From assembly GCA_002633005.1 (NCBI GenBank), contig NMRA01000339.1, forward strand, positions 392,685-456,684: a stretch of DNA of 64,000 nucleotides, in the 5' to 3' direction. Made by a program: the position numbers and the translations under genes. The stretch's first letter is position 1. Each line of letters opens with the position of its first letter. Under the pieces are notes generated by a model. It saw nothing but the letters and a program-made list of their open reading frames with translations. It had not been told where the DNA came from and did no database searches. Of this stretch, positions 43,644 to 55,700 are shown in pieces. This stretch comes from Phoronis australis (taxonomy: Eukaryota; Animalia; Phoronida).

Positions 43644-44945
43644 AGGCGAAGGCAACCTTTTTCCATGTCACTTTTAGCAAAAATAAGGTTCGTTGATTAT
43701 CCCAGACACATTTTTCACTTAATTACAGCTTTTCGTAATTTGATTAATTTCTCGTCCTCTACTCCGGAAGTGACGTTTTGGGAGGCAAGAGTTTCGCGCC
43801 AATTTCTTTTTATTATAGTCTGATTGTGAGAGCTGTCGATTCTGTCATTGTTCTACCTTGTTTGTGATATGTTCGGTCGTCGTTTACTTTTGTTTACAAG
43901 TCAGTCAACATGCCACGCTGTTGCTGCGTGCCGGGATGTACTCATTATCGTCTCACAAGCGCATTGGGTACCTTGCATCGCTTTCCTAAGGATGACACAC
44001 TTCGCCGTACTTGGCTAGCTCGTCCATGTGAAGAACGCAGCGCTACCCGTCCACGCAACGTACAAAGCAATGGAGGGTTACCGAGTGTGTGGCAAGCATT
44101 TTCTGCCGTCAGATTATGACAGATATGTACGCTGAATTGATGAAGGTTCCTGCGAAACAACGCCTAAAGAAGGGTACCATACCGTCGCTGTTGATTCCCG
44201 GCAGTGCCCCGTTGCCAACCCCGAGAAGTGCGCATTTGAAGCAAGAAGCCTCGCGAGCTGTGGCCACTACATACAGTGACTGGAGGTAATTCATCTACTG
44301 TTACCCGTGCCTCCAAACGTACCACATTGCGTGCAATTCCGGGAACTAGCAGTGATTCGTCCTGTGCTGATGTCTCTAGCCCAGAGCCTGTAAGCAGCCC
44401 TGCAGCGATGTTGAGTAGTGGGAGTGAATACAGGCCCAGTTCGCCACCCAATGAACAGATCAGTGAGCCTAAGTTTGATAAGTTTATTGTGGACTTGTAT
44501 TGGAGCTATTTGGAAGGTGCCAGATGTGTGGCGCGGGAGTCACACGGCGGGATGTAAGCAGTTTGGGTGCCAAGATCACAATCCAGTGGGAGTGCGTCGC
44601 GGGACACTCGGGCAAGTGGGACAGTTCTTCTTCTGTACGTGAGACGATAATTAGTACACCCCAGTACGCAGCAACAGCGTGGCATGTTGACTGACTCGTA
44701 AGCAAAAGCAAACGACGACTGAACTTATCACAACCGAGGTAGAACAATGACTGACTGCTCTCACAGTCAGACACTATGAAAAGAAATTGGCGCGAAATTC
44801 TTGCCTCCCAAAACGTCACTTCTGGAGTAGACGACGAGTAATCAATTAAATTACGAAAAGTAGTAAATAAGTGAAAAATATGTCTGGGATAATCAACGAA
44901 CCTTATTTTTGCTAAAAATGACATGAAAAAAGATTGCCTTCGCCT
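43644..44945 (+). mobile_element. Non-autonomous Kolobok-like DNA transposon, copy 2 (inverted relative to copy 1)
   Basis: TTAA (43640-43643)|AGGCGAAGGCAA ... TTGCCTTCGCCT|TTAA (44946-44949). THAP remnant from ATG 43910 (MPRCCCVPGC...LHRFPKD...W) with the same first frameshift as copy 1. Confidence 0.85.
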
Positions 44946-45617
44946 TTAAAGACAATGATGAAATTAGGACAATTCCCAAAAATATACTCACATCTTAAAT
45001 GACAATAAATGCATTGCTTTTCGACCTAGGTACGAGATTTGTCGTTTAATCTCACAAACAGGTGATAAAAGTGAAAAGTCATTATAACAAGGTAAACGCA
45101 TTGCTCATGGAATGAATATTATTTTTGATTTAAATGATTATGTATTTAGTGTTTTTCTAGCTTAGAACGAAGCATTCGATTGGCAAAGCAGTTTTTGTCC
45201 AAAACCCAACTATAACCTGACAGCATAACAAGGAGCAAAGCATGATAAATTATAGTCCTGCACTTTCGCATAGTCGGACCAATAAAGAAGTCGGTCATCT
45301 TGAGTCCCATTATGCCTGGCCTGTTCCTGTTCCTTGACATTTTGACAAAGAAATGCGACAATGAACTAAAGGTATGTGATCTCACATTACGAACGATTGA
45401 TCGATTGTTTTTTTGTTTTTTTGTTCACAATAACTCCTGGAGCTACAGAGCCTGTGCAAATAAAAGATTGATCGACGGCTTCTGCACATGCATAGAACTT
45501 ATTTTTGACTCCCCATTTTCAGATCAGGACGCACTGGCGATGGCAAGAAGGAGTTGAATTTTGATATCTGTTCCATATAATTTCACATCATTTCGTGGGG
45601 TAACAGTTGTTACGAAA

Positions 45618-48600
45618 ATGGGGAAAATGGGGTTTCGTGACTCAAAGTGTTTCCTTACTAGCACAGCAGTGATAACACGTGCGCTGTTCGTTATTTACGA
45701 CATCGTATTGATATGGAGTGTATACCACTCCAAGGACAACGAACCACTTTGGTGGTTGTTTATTTTCTCTGTGGTTCCTCTCGTGGCTGAGATGGTCATC
45801 GTAATTGTCTACAACGGTGGGAGCGAATGGAACAGGTAAGGGCAACGTATATGTTCACCTGTGGTGATTTCATGTCAATCACCTTGTTTAATTTCACGTT
45901 GCATCTTTTGCGAGACAAGAAGCAAGGAATATTATTGCCCGAATTAGTTGGCATTTTGGTGCTAACCTGTTACTGCAGCGGACGTACCGCTGAAATTTGT
46001 AAGACTTCATGCTGCTCACGTACGTGCAGGGGTACAGGCACTTCGCGCGACTATGCAACAAGATAGCGACTTTGTCCCACTTTTCTTCTGAGTGTACACT
46101 GTAGGAAAACCTTTCCCAAGCGATAAGTGTATTATATGGCTCAACCTCTTCACCAATGTCTCACAAATCGAATGCTATGATTAGCTGAGGTCGTTCTTGC
46201 CCAACTATCGTCTCGCTTGTCGACTTAGAAGTTCAAATAACTGATGCTTGACGATAACTAAAGAGCAAAATTATATTTTCAAAAATTAACTCCCCTAGCC
46301 CTTGGTTGTTCATGCTTATAGGCTTAGGCATATTATTGGCCCTTAGAGTTTATAACATATTCGTGCATAAAGTGAGAAGAAGCAATTCAAACGAAAGTAA
46401 CCCGGAAGTAGGTCGAATTTTTTTTGTTCGATGTCTTTGTTGATCCTGATCAGATTCATTTTCAAAACCATTTTTCAGACGTCCAGCTAAACAACATTTC
46501 ACGAAAGTGGACAGTGAAGGACACGCGTTCTTTACAACACTTTCAGAGCTTTTTGATTACAATCAGTGACAGATGTTGCCCCATTTTGTGACTTTAATTT
46601 GTTTGTCATTCCAGCATGTTCTGTCCCAGCTTCTTCATATTCCTTGTATGTGTCACGCCCCAGTTGTGGCTCATTGAGCTGAATCACATAGAAAGAATTA
46701 CCACCTACATCACGGCAAACAGCAGCATTACATTCTCGGCACAAATCGTAAGATCTTTTAATACCTTTGCGATTTTTACTTCAGTTTCTTGGTTTATCAT
46801 AGGTCAAACTTCATGCGTAGGCAGGATTTTAGCTTCATGAACCACTATCAACTCCAACTCAGTTTCAATCACGACATGCCGTCTGATCTGAAGGCAGACC
46901 AGACGTCTGATGTGCTGTTTGACAAAACTACATGTGAACGCTTGTCAGATGGCTCTCCGCCTTTTTTGTCATGCGACCCCAAATACAATGTCTGACCAGG
47001 AGAACGTTTCATAACCCCAAATTATTGCGAGAAAAGCAAACCACGAAAGAGAAAAGCGAGTGTGCTAGCCTTTCCTAGGAAAAACGGCAGTCCCTGAAAC
47101 GATTGGTGGCTGGGACAGTTGAACTGTTGCATTGAATTCACCAGTCCATATGCGAAGACTTTTCCCACAGCGCAAGCTATTGTATTACGAACTATTGAAC
47201 GCAGCCCTTACTTCTTGCCGTGAGAATGAGTCATCGGGGGATTCTCCCAAGAAGGCAGGGCCTTAGGAAGCGGGGGGGGGGGGNCGACATAGGCGTGGGA
47301 CCGGGGACTGTCGAGAAAAGAAAGACAGCGAAATACGGATAAGAGAGAAAATTAAAGCGAACACTTACATGTAACAACTCGATCTGCATTAGGGCATGGT
47401 TTATCTTTTGAGGACCTTTGCCAGGACATTGTCATTAGGGTCTCCGCTTTTGCAGCACAGGTCGTTTAAACGCACTTGAAAACATGCGCGAAATCACTCA
47501 TACATACATGTACATATCGACAAATCGAGAAATTTTGTAAAGCGAAGCTTTTGCGGAACGTACTAATTTACTGGATTTTTAAATTTAACAAGTCAATTTT
47601 GCGAATTCAAAACTATTTTTCCATCTGCTTCTCTCTGGATAGGGATAACAGAGACAACTTTCACTTTATTTTTTTCTCGAAACTGTACTATATTATTAGA
47701 GAAAATTTGATGACCTGACAGATAACATCAATTGCTGCGCATTTCCTGATAGTTGAAAGTATAGAAATTTTCATATTGAGGGGCCTCGCCCTTGAAGGAG
47801 GCCATTGATGACATTCAAGTGGTCACCCTTTTTGTTTTTTATTGACAAAATCTTAAGGGACCACTCACGGAGAGAGGGCCCAATATTGGAATCGATTACC
47901 TCAATTTTCCTATTTTTAGTGAAATCGTACAACCGGCTTTCATAATGTAGGAGGTCACTCCCTGCATCATTTTGGGAACACACGACGGTGGAATGCACTG
48001 TCACTTTTTTCCAAGCTTAATGATGTTTAGTCTTTCCCATTTCAGACGGTACCCTTTCTCGGTTGGAACTCCAAATTCATCTAAAAACTCAAAACATTCG
48101 TGTACATTACAGACAATCGACCCCAACAACCAAAAATGCGAAAAAGTACAGTAGGATTGCCGCCATCGAAAGGAATGAAATTTGAAGAACGTGAATACCA
48201 CGTAGTATTAGCCAGAGATTTACCCATCAGAAATTCGCACCCCCGAGCTGCCAAACGGAATCTGGGAGAATTCAGGGGGCCATGGCCCTTTGGCCACCCC
48301 TAGGTCCACCACTGTGCCCTCACCTTGGGCGGACGTGGGATATTCCGTAGAAATATGATGGCATCGGGAGCACGAGGCGGTGGGGGTGGCGGAGGTAGTG
48401 GCAATGGGGGAGGGAGTTGTTTGGCGAAGTCGAAATGGTTTGTGCCCCCCCCCAATAATTTTTTCCTTCCTACGGGCCTGGAAGGTATACGGTACGTTCC
48501 ACGGAGAAGGATGACTTTTCAAGACTGGTTTCACTACTGAAGGGTGGCTTTTTTGACGAAATTCCCACAGAAAAGTTTATTTGAGAGGTAGAAACTCTTC

Positions 48601-50913
48601 TGAACAAAAGGTTCTTTTTTACAGCTATCCAATCCTACAAAAAGACTTTTAATATTTTATATGTTTTAACTACCTTGATTGCAAAAGATAACATACTCCA
48701 ATTTTCACACGTGGTGGCTCTTCTTGTATAGTTTCAGGCTTGAAATTCATCTGACCAAGAATGGCATCATTAACCTCTGCTAGCTAAGGCGGAAGCGGGA
48801 ACTTTTTGGAAGCTCGGTACAAATGTATCCCTTTTTTCGAGTCCATTCTCTTAATGAACGGGTATCCTAATATCGCAGCTACAACCCGGGTCAAAGTCTT
48901 GTATATACGAGTGCCATCGAGGTGACCTTTTACGGACCGCAAGAGACTGCACTAGTAGCGTGGTAGATTATATCTAATTGCCGAGGATATCCGATTGAAA
49001 GCGAGGAACGTCTATAGATATTTAGTTTCGGAGCATGCATTGCAATTAGCGTGGGCCATTGCCCGTTTTTTGCTATAAACATTGGTTATCGCTGGTTTTT
49101 CGTAGATTACACGTCGCTATATGTTATTGATGGTTGTCGACCTATTTTAAAGTGACTTTGGATATAGTCTTAGACGTATAAATGTTGCAAAATATTTGTG
49201 TATTTTGAGTCTAATTTAAGGTTGAAACGCACTGTTTTTTTTTCGTCTGTCGGTCGGTACATCAGCTGTTACTTCGCCTGTACAAAGTCTGTGTGAAGTC
49301 TGAACGCAATCTGACGCCGACGCAAGGGTCAATTTATGTCCTTTCCAGGTGCCTGGCTGAAATAACGTTGAACTGTTGTCACTACTTTACGTTGGATAGT
49401 ACTTACCATGCGACCTAACCAAACAAGCCTAGAAATCACATCTAATTTGACCAAGGAAAATTTTGAGATCAATTTCGCAATGGTAAATGGTCTATATCAA
49501 AAGTGTTTTTTTTGGCGGAGAGCTTGTTTGTATCTGTCTTAATTCCTTCTGTAAAAGTATTTGTATACAACACATTACCTGCCTTTCGCTTTTGCCCTGG
49601 ACAAAGTTCACGTGGCGAGCACGTTCTTACGGGCAAAAGATATCCTCGAAGAAAGTAATCACACTTAAATAGTTCAATTCAGCACTTGGACCTCCAGCTC
49701 ATATACAGCTACGCAGATATCAAATACATGTATCTATGAATGCGTAGTTAAAGAAGAAACATGTGCCGTATTGTTTGTGTTATTCGATCCTGGAATTAGA
49801 AATACATGTATCTGTGTCGTGTGTACGCACTGATGCATTTCAGAGAAACGACCTTTCAAAGAAAAGCCTCGGAAAGCGATTGTTACCAGATAAATTGCTG
49901 AACTGGCGGGAATGCTTATGAGCACTTATGATCTTCAATTATTCGTGGGCTAAACATTTTCTGGGATGAATTCCGTAAACTTTGGGAGATAAAAAATTTC
50001 GAAAATTTTGCTTTTTCTGGGTCACTATTGATTCAGAAAAAATCCAACAAAGAAAAGCACATACAATGTACATGTATATACGTATATGTATACGTATAAT
50101 ATACATACGTGAACACTTCCCGTTTCCAAATTTTGTTTAATAAAAACATCTATCTTAAAACACCTGGAGCACCCAGGATAAGTGCCCTGTAACCTTAAAA
50201 TATAATTATTTCTGTTGTAGATTGGTCAAGATTACAAGGTTGTTACCTTTTCATACGACTTGCTGGTTATCGGACTGAAAGAGTGTCTGATGTATCTTCT
50301 GATATTAGCTCGATGGGTTCTTCCCATTCAGCACCTGACTTATCAGGAGCTCTCAGACACACTGCTCTTTTATATTGGAATGGCTGCAGACCTAATGGAA
50401 CTCATGGACTATTCCAACAATACTACAGCAATGAAGGATTCGAAGTTTGTCTACGCGTTGCTCATCATCTGGACGGTCAGTCTTTTTCAATTCTCCTTCG
50501 TGCTTACCCCAGCAGACGACAAGGACAGGGAAGAGCATCAAATCTCTTGCCGCTTTATCGCCGAGCACGCCGAAGTGTTGTCAATAGTGTTGCAGTTGAT
50601 TATGATGCACATCCCATTTGCCACCATCCGTATAGTTGCTATGGTTCTTTACAAGGGCGTGTCCTATTCCAGTGTCTTTTTTATGGTTAAAAGCTTGGCG
50701 ATGATTTTGTTGAGCATCAATCGGTTGCTTGCGCTGTTCTGCAAGCTCAGACCATGGAAGAAAAAAAAGCCAGTAAAGACAGCAAAAGCGGTCGTGGAAA
50801 CGGAAGAAGATCATGCAGTCACTCCAGGAACTGAAGCGGCAGTGGAGCTGGAAATCGAGCCTGGAAAGACGGGAATCGACAACGTGAATTTTGAAATAGA
50901 AAATGAAGCTTAA
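45618..50913 (+). CDS. TMEM26: Transmembrane protein 26 family member, 347 aa
   Basis: Exons 45618-45835, 46615-46747, 50221-50913 (1044 nt, phases consistent). Family motifs AVITRALF, FCPSFFIFL..TPQLWLIEL, LARWVLP...ELSDTLLFYIGMAADLME, IWTVSLFQF and several TM helices. Probable 5'UTR intron (donor about 45372, acceptor about 45522). Family-level call; orthology not established. Confidence 0.85.
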
Positions 50914-52751
50914 AATCACAAGTCTACGCCACTTTGTCAAAACAACTTTCGATTTCGTCTACTTACCGTAATATAACGGTCTCACCTTGTTCCCTGATTA
51001 GAAACAGTTTCTAGGCTTGGGAACAACTGACAGTTCGCCATTGCACCAAACCAGTTTCATGAGGNTTGAAGACCCTTATATTCGTGCTACAAACTCGAGT
51101 AAAAACCCGAAATTTCGAGTTAAAACTCGAAGTTGTTGCTTTAATATTGGGTTTACAAACTGTGGACTAAGGGCAATAAATTATCTACGTAAGTCATTGT
51201 GCACTCGAGCATAGAATAATAGACACTTATCTTGAGTTCGCCCAAAAGTAGAGTAGAGAATGCCAAACCTAATTTTTAGTTCCATTTCGAGTAAAAAGAT
51301 TGGAGACCGGGCCCAGAACACGATTTATAGCGTTTTAAGTAGTAAATTAGACTATAACATTACATAGTGTATTTTCTCACATGACTTGGAATGTGTTAAG
51401 ACACGGCTGTTTAATAACACCGAGTACTTAATTTTTTATATTACATAAGCGAATCCCAAAGTAGTGCAAAGTAGAAAGCCACACGACCTGCATTTATCGT
51501 CTGCAAAACACCAACTAACACAAAAGGTATCACTCATCCAAAGCTTTATCGCAACCACGTGGCGCTGTGTGTAATACCCCGCTTCGCTAACAGGTAGCGC
51601 TGCTTGCTAAAAAGCAATCATGTCACTTAGCTCTCTCAATAGCTCTCCACTTAGCGGTAATCAAACAAGTAGACCGTTTGTCGGCGTTTGTAGACTTGTT
51701 GCGATTTTTGTGAATTCTGTGTATAATCTTGACTCAACCCAACTGTCCTTTTCAGGACTAAGTATTATTCATTCGTCCCGAAAGTATTTTAGTGTGTTTT
51801 AGATTGTAGCAAGGCTAGGAGAATCCGGTATATTCTTAATGCTTTAAATTGTGAAAAATTGCCGAGAGAATGGCACCCTTATTGCGGGTACCATTTCTGC
51901 TTAGTCATCTTTTTGTGGGGTAGATTTTCTGTAGAAAGTCGGCCAGTTGTGCACTATTTGGGGTTGAAGCCAATGCAGTAGGCCTTTTGCAGGGCCAAAA
52001 AGTTAGGGGCCCAAAATTGTTGAAAAAGTACAGCCACGCCCGCGGGCACATTGTCAATATAAGTAAACCCTATGAAATACACTGATTCCATGCGTTCGCC
52101 TTATTCAGGTGTTTTGGAAAATTCGTCGAGTTGACACAATAAACCACACATTTTGACTTTAGTTGGTTAAGTCAAATGAAATAAAATTCATTTTCCGGCT
52201 TTTCTGATACTGCTGTGTTGCGACAAAAAATATACCCAACGAGGCTTTTGAACGGTCTACTCGTTATTTTTTTGCACATTTCTGTACGTTGTTGTATATA
52301 TTTGTTTATGTACCTGTCTTTTGTAATAAACGTATGAACTGTAAAAAACCGAAAACATACCCAGCGAGGGTTTTGAATGGTCTGCCCTAAAAATGCTAGA
52401 CTGGTAGCCCACAACACTTAGGATCTGACCACGGGAGGATTTAAAGTCCAACTCAGTGTGCCCAGAAATGGACGTCTGCCGTTGTCTGCACTCTGGGTGT
52501 GACCCCTGGGGGCCTTAAAAAGGGCCCACAAATGAACTAGACTAGATTTTCGAGGTACCGGCCAAAACTGATTTAAAACGAACAATAGTACCGCATTGAA
52601 AATTGAATGACCCATGACAAACTGCACTCTGGAATGGGTCTGGCAGAAACCAAAAAAGACCCCCAGAAAATGAGCTAGCATATACATGTACATGTACATG
52701 TATATTCGAGGTACCACAAAAAACAATTACATGAGATTCAATACATGTCAC

Positions 52752-55700
52752 AGCCTATTGACTCAGCGTATAGTAACTTACTGCCAGTTGGTTGGCACCT
52801 CCTCTACTGGACAAACGTAATAAAGCAAGAGAACATCGAAAATTGACTACTAATACTCAAAGAGATTGGTTTAAATTAAACATTCCGTACATTTCAAAGG
52901 AGTGCTTTAAGAAAGGATTGTCTGCGATAATGTTATTAAATGTTTGTGTTGCTTATTGACTTGAAAGTTCTGGATAGAGTACAAATGTACTGAGGGCTAC
53001 CCTGAAATACCTCAATTTTACTCAGGATTTGAAGGACTTTTGTGTCTTAATAGAAACATGCTATTTATTTAATTTCTGCATCTTTTCTGAATATGAACGG
53101 GAATGCAGTAAGCCCCGAAAGCAGCATGCCGTTGACTTTTGTTTTCTTTTACCGTAGCTGGGGAGGCTGTCGTCGCCCTACCCCTTTACCAATCCAAACC
53201 CGTCTGTAGTAGATGAATGCGTTAAACTCCACGACACACTAATGTGGCTTCGACAGGTTTCGCACACTGGCCGGTGACACCACTGGACTACACACTGGGT
53301 GTTTTGTGAATAAAATTTAAGATTTTTACTTGTCCTATGCCTGCGTTGAATTATACGGCTGGAAATCTTGGTTGATGGAAGAAGGAAACAGCGCACGTAC
53401 ATGTACAGTGTATTTACTTATTGCTTTCTCCCGCTGTTTAACATTCCAGCTCACCGACCAAGCTGTGGCTGCTGTGTTGCTGCCGTGGTTCACCTCTCGC
53501 CTTCCACGCGGTGCGTACATGTACATGTACGTGATCGATCTCAGGCTGGCCAAACTCGAACTTCGCGCACTTTAAGTTTCGCTGATACATGATATGTGAA
53601 CATAGTGGTTACACTATGTAACATCTTGACTTACGATTTTTGAAAATAAAACTCAAATATTCGCTGTACCAAGGCCGGTGACTTAGCTAGTTACAGACGA
53701 TTAAATTATTGATTGCCATTTATCTAGTTCATTTCCAGCACTGACCTACCAGAGCCGCGGGGTGGCCGGGGGTTCCCGAGCTGAGTGATCTCAGAAAATC
53801 AGCCGCACTCAATCCACTCATGATCGGTAAATGGCGCTGCTTTAAGCCTGGCAAATGGTAATGTACATGTAGCCGACCTTAATTTCAGCGAGTACTGAAT
53901 GTTCAGCAGACAGCTTCAGTTGTTATAAAAAACAATAGAATGTGTTCGTTTCAGAGACAATAATCTCAAAGACGTTTATTCCATCCAAAGGTTAATTCCC
54001 AAAAATGCGTTTCTCAGCGGTAAAACCTGGCAGATAGGGGCCTGCGACGTCCCGCCAGAAAGCGCTCAGAGGGAGGCGATGGCGTACTGGATCTGCGTAG
54101 GACTGTGTGTAGACACAATGCTCAGAGAAATTTGTAGTGTATGATGATGATTTTGTAAGAAAACTCTCAGGGTCGCAAAATTGATTAATTTTATTCCATT
54201 AATATGATTAAACAATCCATGATAATTTTGTGGCTGCTTATGCCAATTGACGTCGTATGGAGGTCGCAAGGTATTGTTTAACTTGCGACATCCATGTCAC
54301 GTGCGTAAGTGCTTTGATGAGTCGATTTGTGACTAGGTTACTGACATTTTTGCCGTCCTTGGAAAGACTCTGTGGAATCTGCAAAGGAAAAAGGTATCAC
54401 TGAGCAGGGGTGTGGTGCAGTAGCGAAGTCATTCCTTTTGAATGATGGCTCAGTGTTCAGTTGATGTTATCAGCTGCCACGCTCGAAATTCTATTGGAAA
54501 ACTGATGAACTGCGTGTTACGCTTCGTCTAAACTTGCAATTTTGTACTCGAATCACTAGGCATGGTTACGTGATCTTTCCAGTGCACAGTAAAAAGTTCA
54601 TCATAAAACGCGGCTTTTCGTGAATTAAATGCAGTTACATTCACGCATTTCGACTCGAGTGAAGTCTGGTTCCGTAAACAGTCAACTTTATGTCAATTAC
54701 AACGTTCGTGGCTTGTTCAAATTCAGCGTCGAGTTGGCGCGTCCACCAGATGGGGATCATTAATTTTTTAGTTAGGTGAGCCGGACAGAGTATTAGCCAG
54801 GATTTTTCCGTCAGACATAACAAATGGAATCTGGAAGAAAGTTGACCATGGCCCCCTTGCCCCACCCCCCTCTTAAATCCGCCACTGCCCATGACCTCCT
54901 TGTTCGACCAGGCTTAAGGCATTTGATAAAACTTACGGCTAGTTGCATTCGGGTGGAATCTCTAACACGCTTGGGTCCGGGATACCAAGAGTGGCGTTGA
55001 TAAAGGCAGTGGAAACCATCATGTATGTGGTTTTAGCGCCTGAAATATACAACAGTGGTGGGCTGTAAGTGTGAGGCGAGTACAGTTATGCTCCAGTAAT
55101 GTCCGAGAGGTGTCACTAGGATTGCCTTGTGTTAGAAATGACTTGAGTGGTGTGGTTGGGACGAGGAAATAAAAGTAAAAGTGAAAGTAATTGCAAATTA
55201 ATTTGGAGATCATAACTTTAAACATTTTTAAAAGCTATTCCACGGAGTAAAGCCAACTTCCTGGGCATAAAAAATCACTACCAATGGTCTAGCGCTCCAT
55301 ACTCGTCCTTGACTTGTTCAATTTGACGTAAGTCATACAGGAGCATCCTCATTGCTGCTGATCGGATTCACATAAAACTTTCAGATACGTGTTTTATTTT
55401 TCAGTGTAAAAATGACGAATTGATTAAGAATTGGAAACTGGCGTTTACGACCACTAACAGGAGTGGTAGGGCCCGAGGAGATGTTATCATCTTGTTTAAA
55501 TGTAGGTCAAACAATTCATTGTTTTTCAAGGCGAACAAGTAGCCTACATGTACATGTACTTATAGGCGATTGACGGGCGCAAGTGAACGTAGGATATGCA
55601 ACTTTCCCAAAGTAATGACGTACTAATCGTAATATCTCCAGTAGCTACAGACGTCATAGGGATGCAAGTTTTGGTGTCAAGAGTCAAAAAGGTCTGCATT

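Noticed and set aside
43910-44289. THAP-domain host gene
   Set aside because: Frameshifted, lies inside a TIR/TSD-bounded element, and is present twice. It is a transposase remnant.
49349-49482. Exon-like segment (CCAG|GTG...ATG|GTAAAT) in TMEM26 intron 2
   Set aside because: Stops in all three frames from this acceptor, and the flanking exons already join in phase 0.
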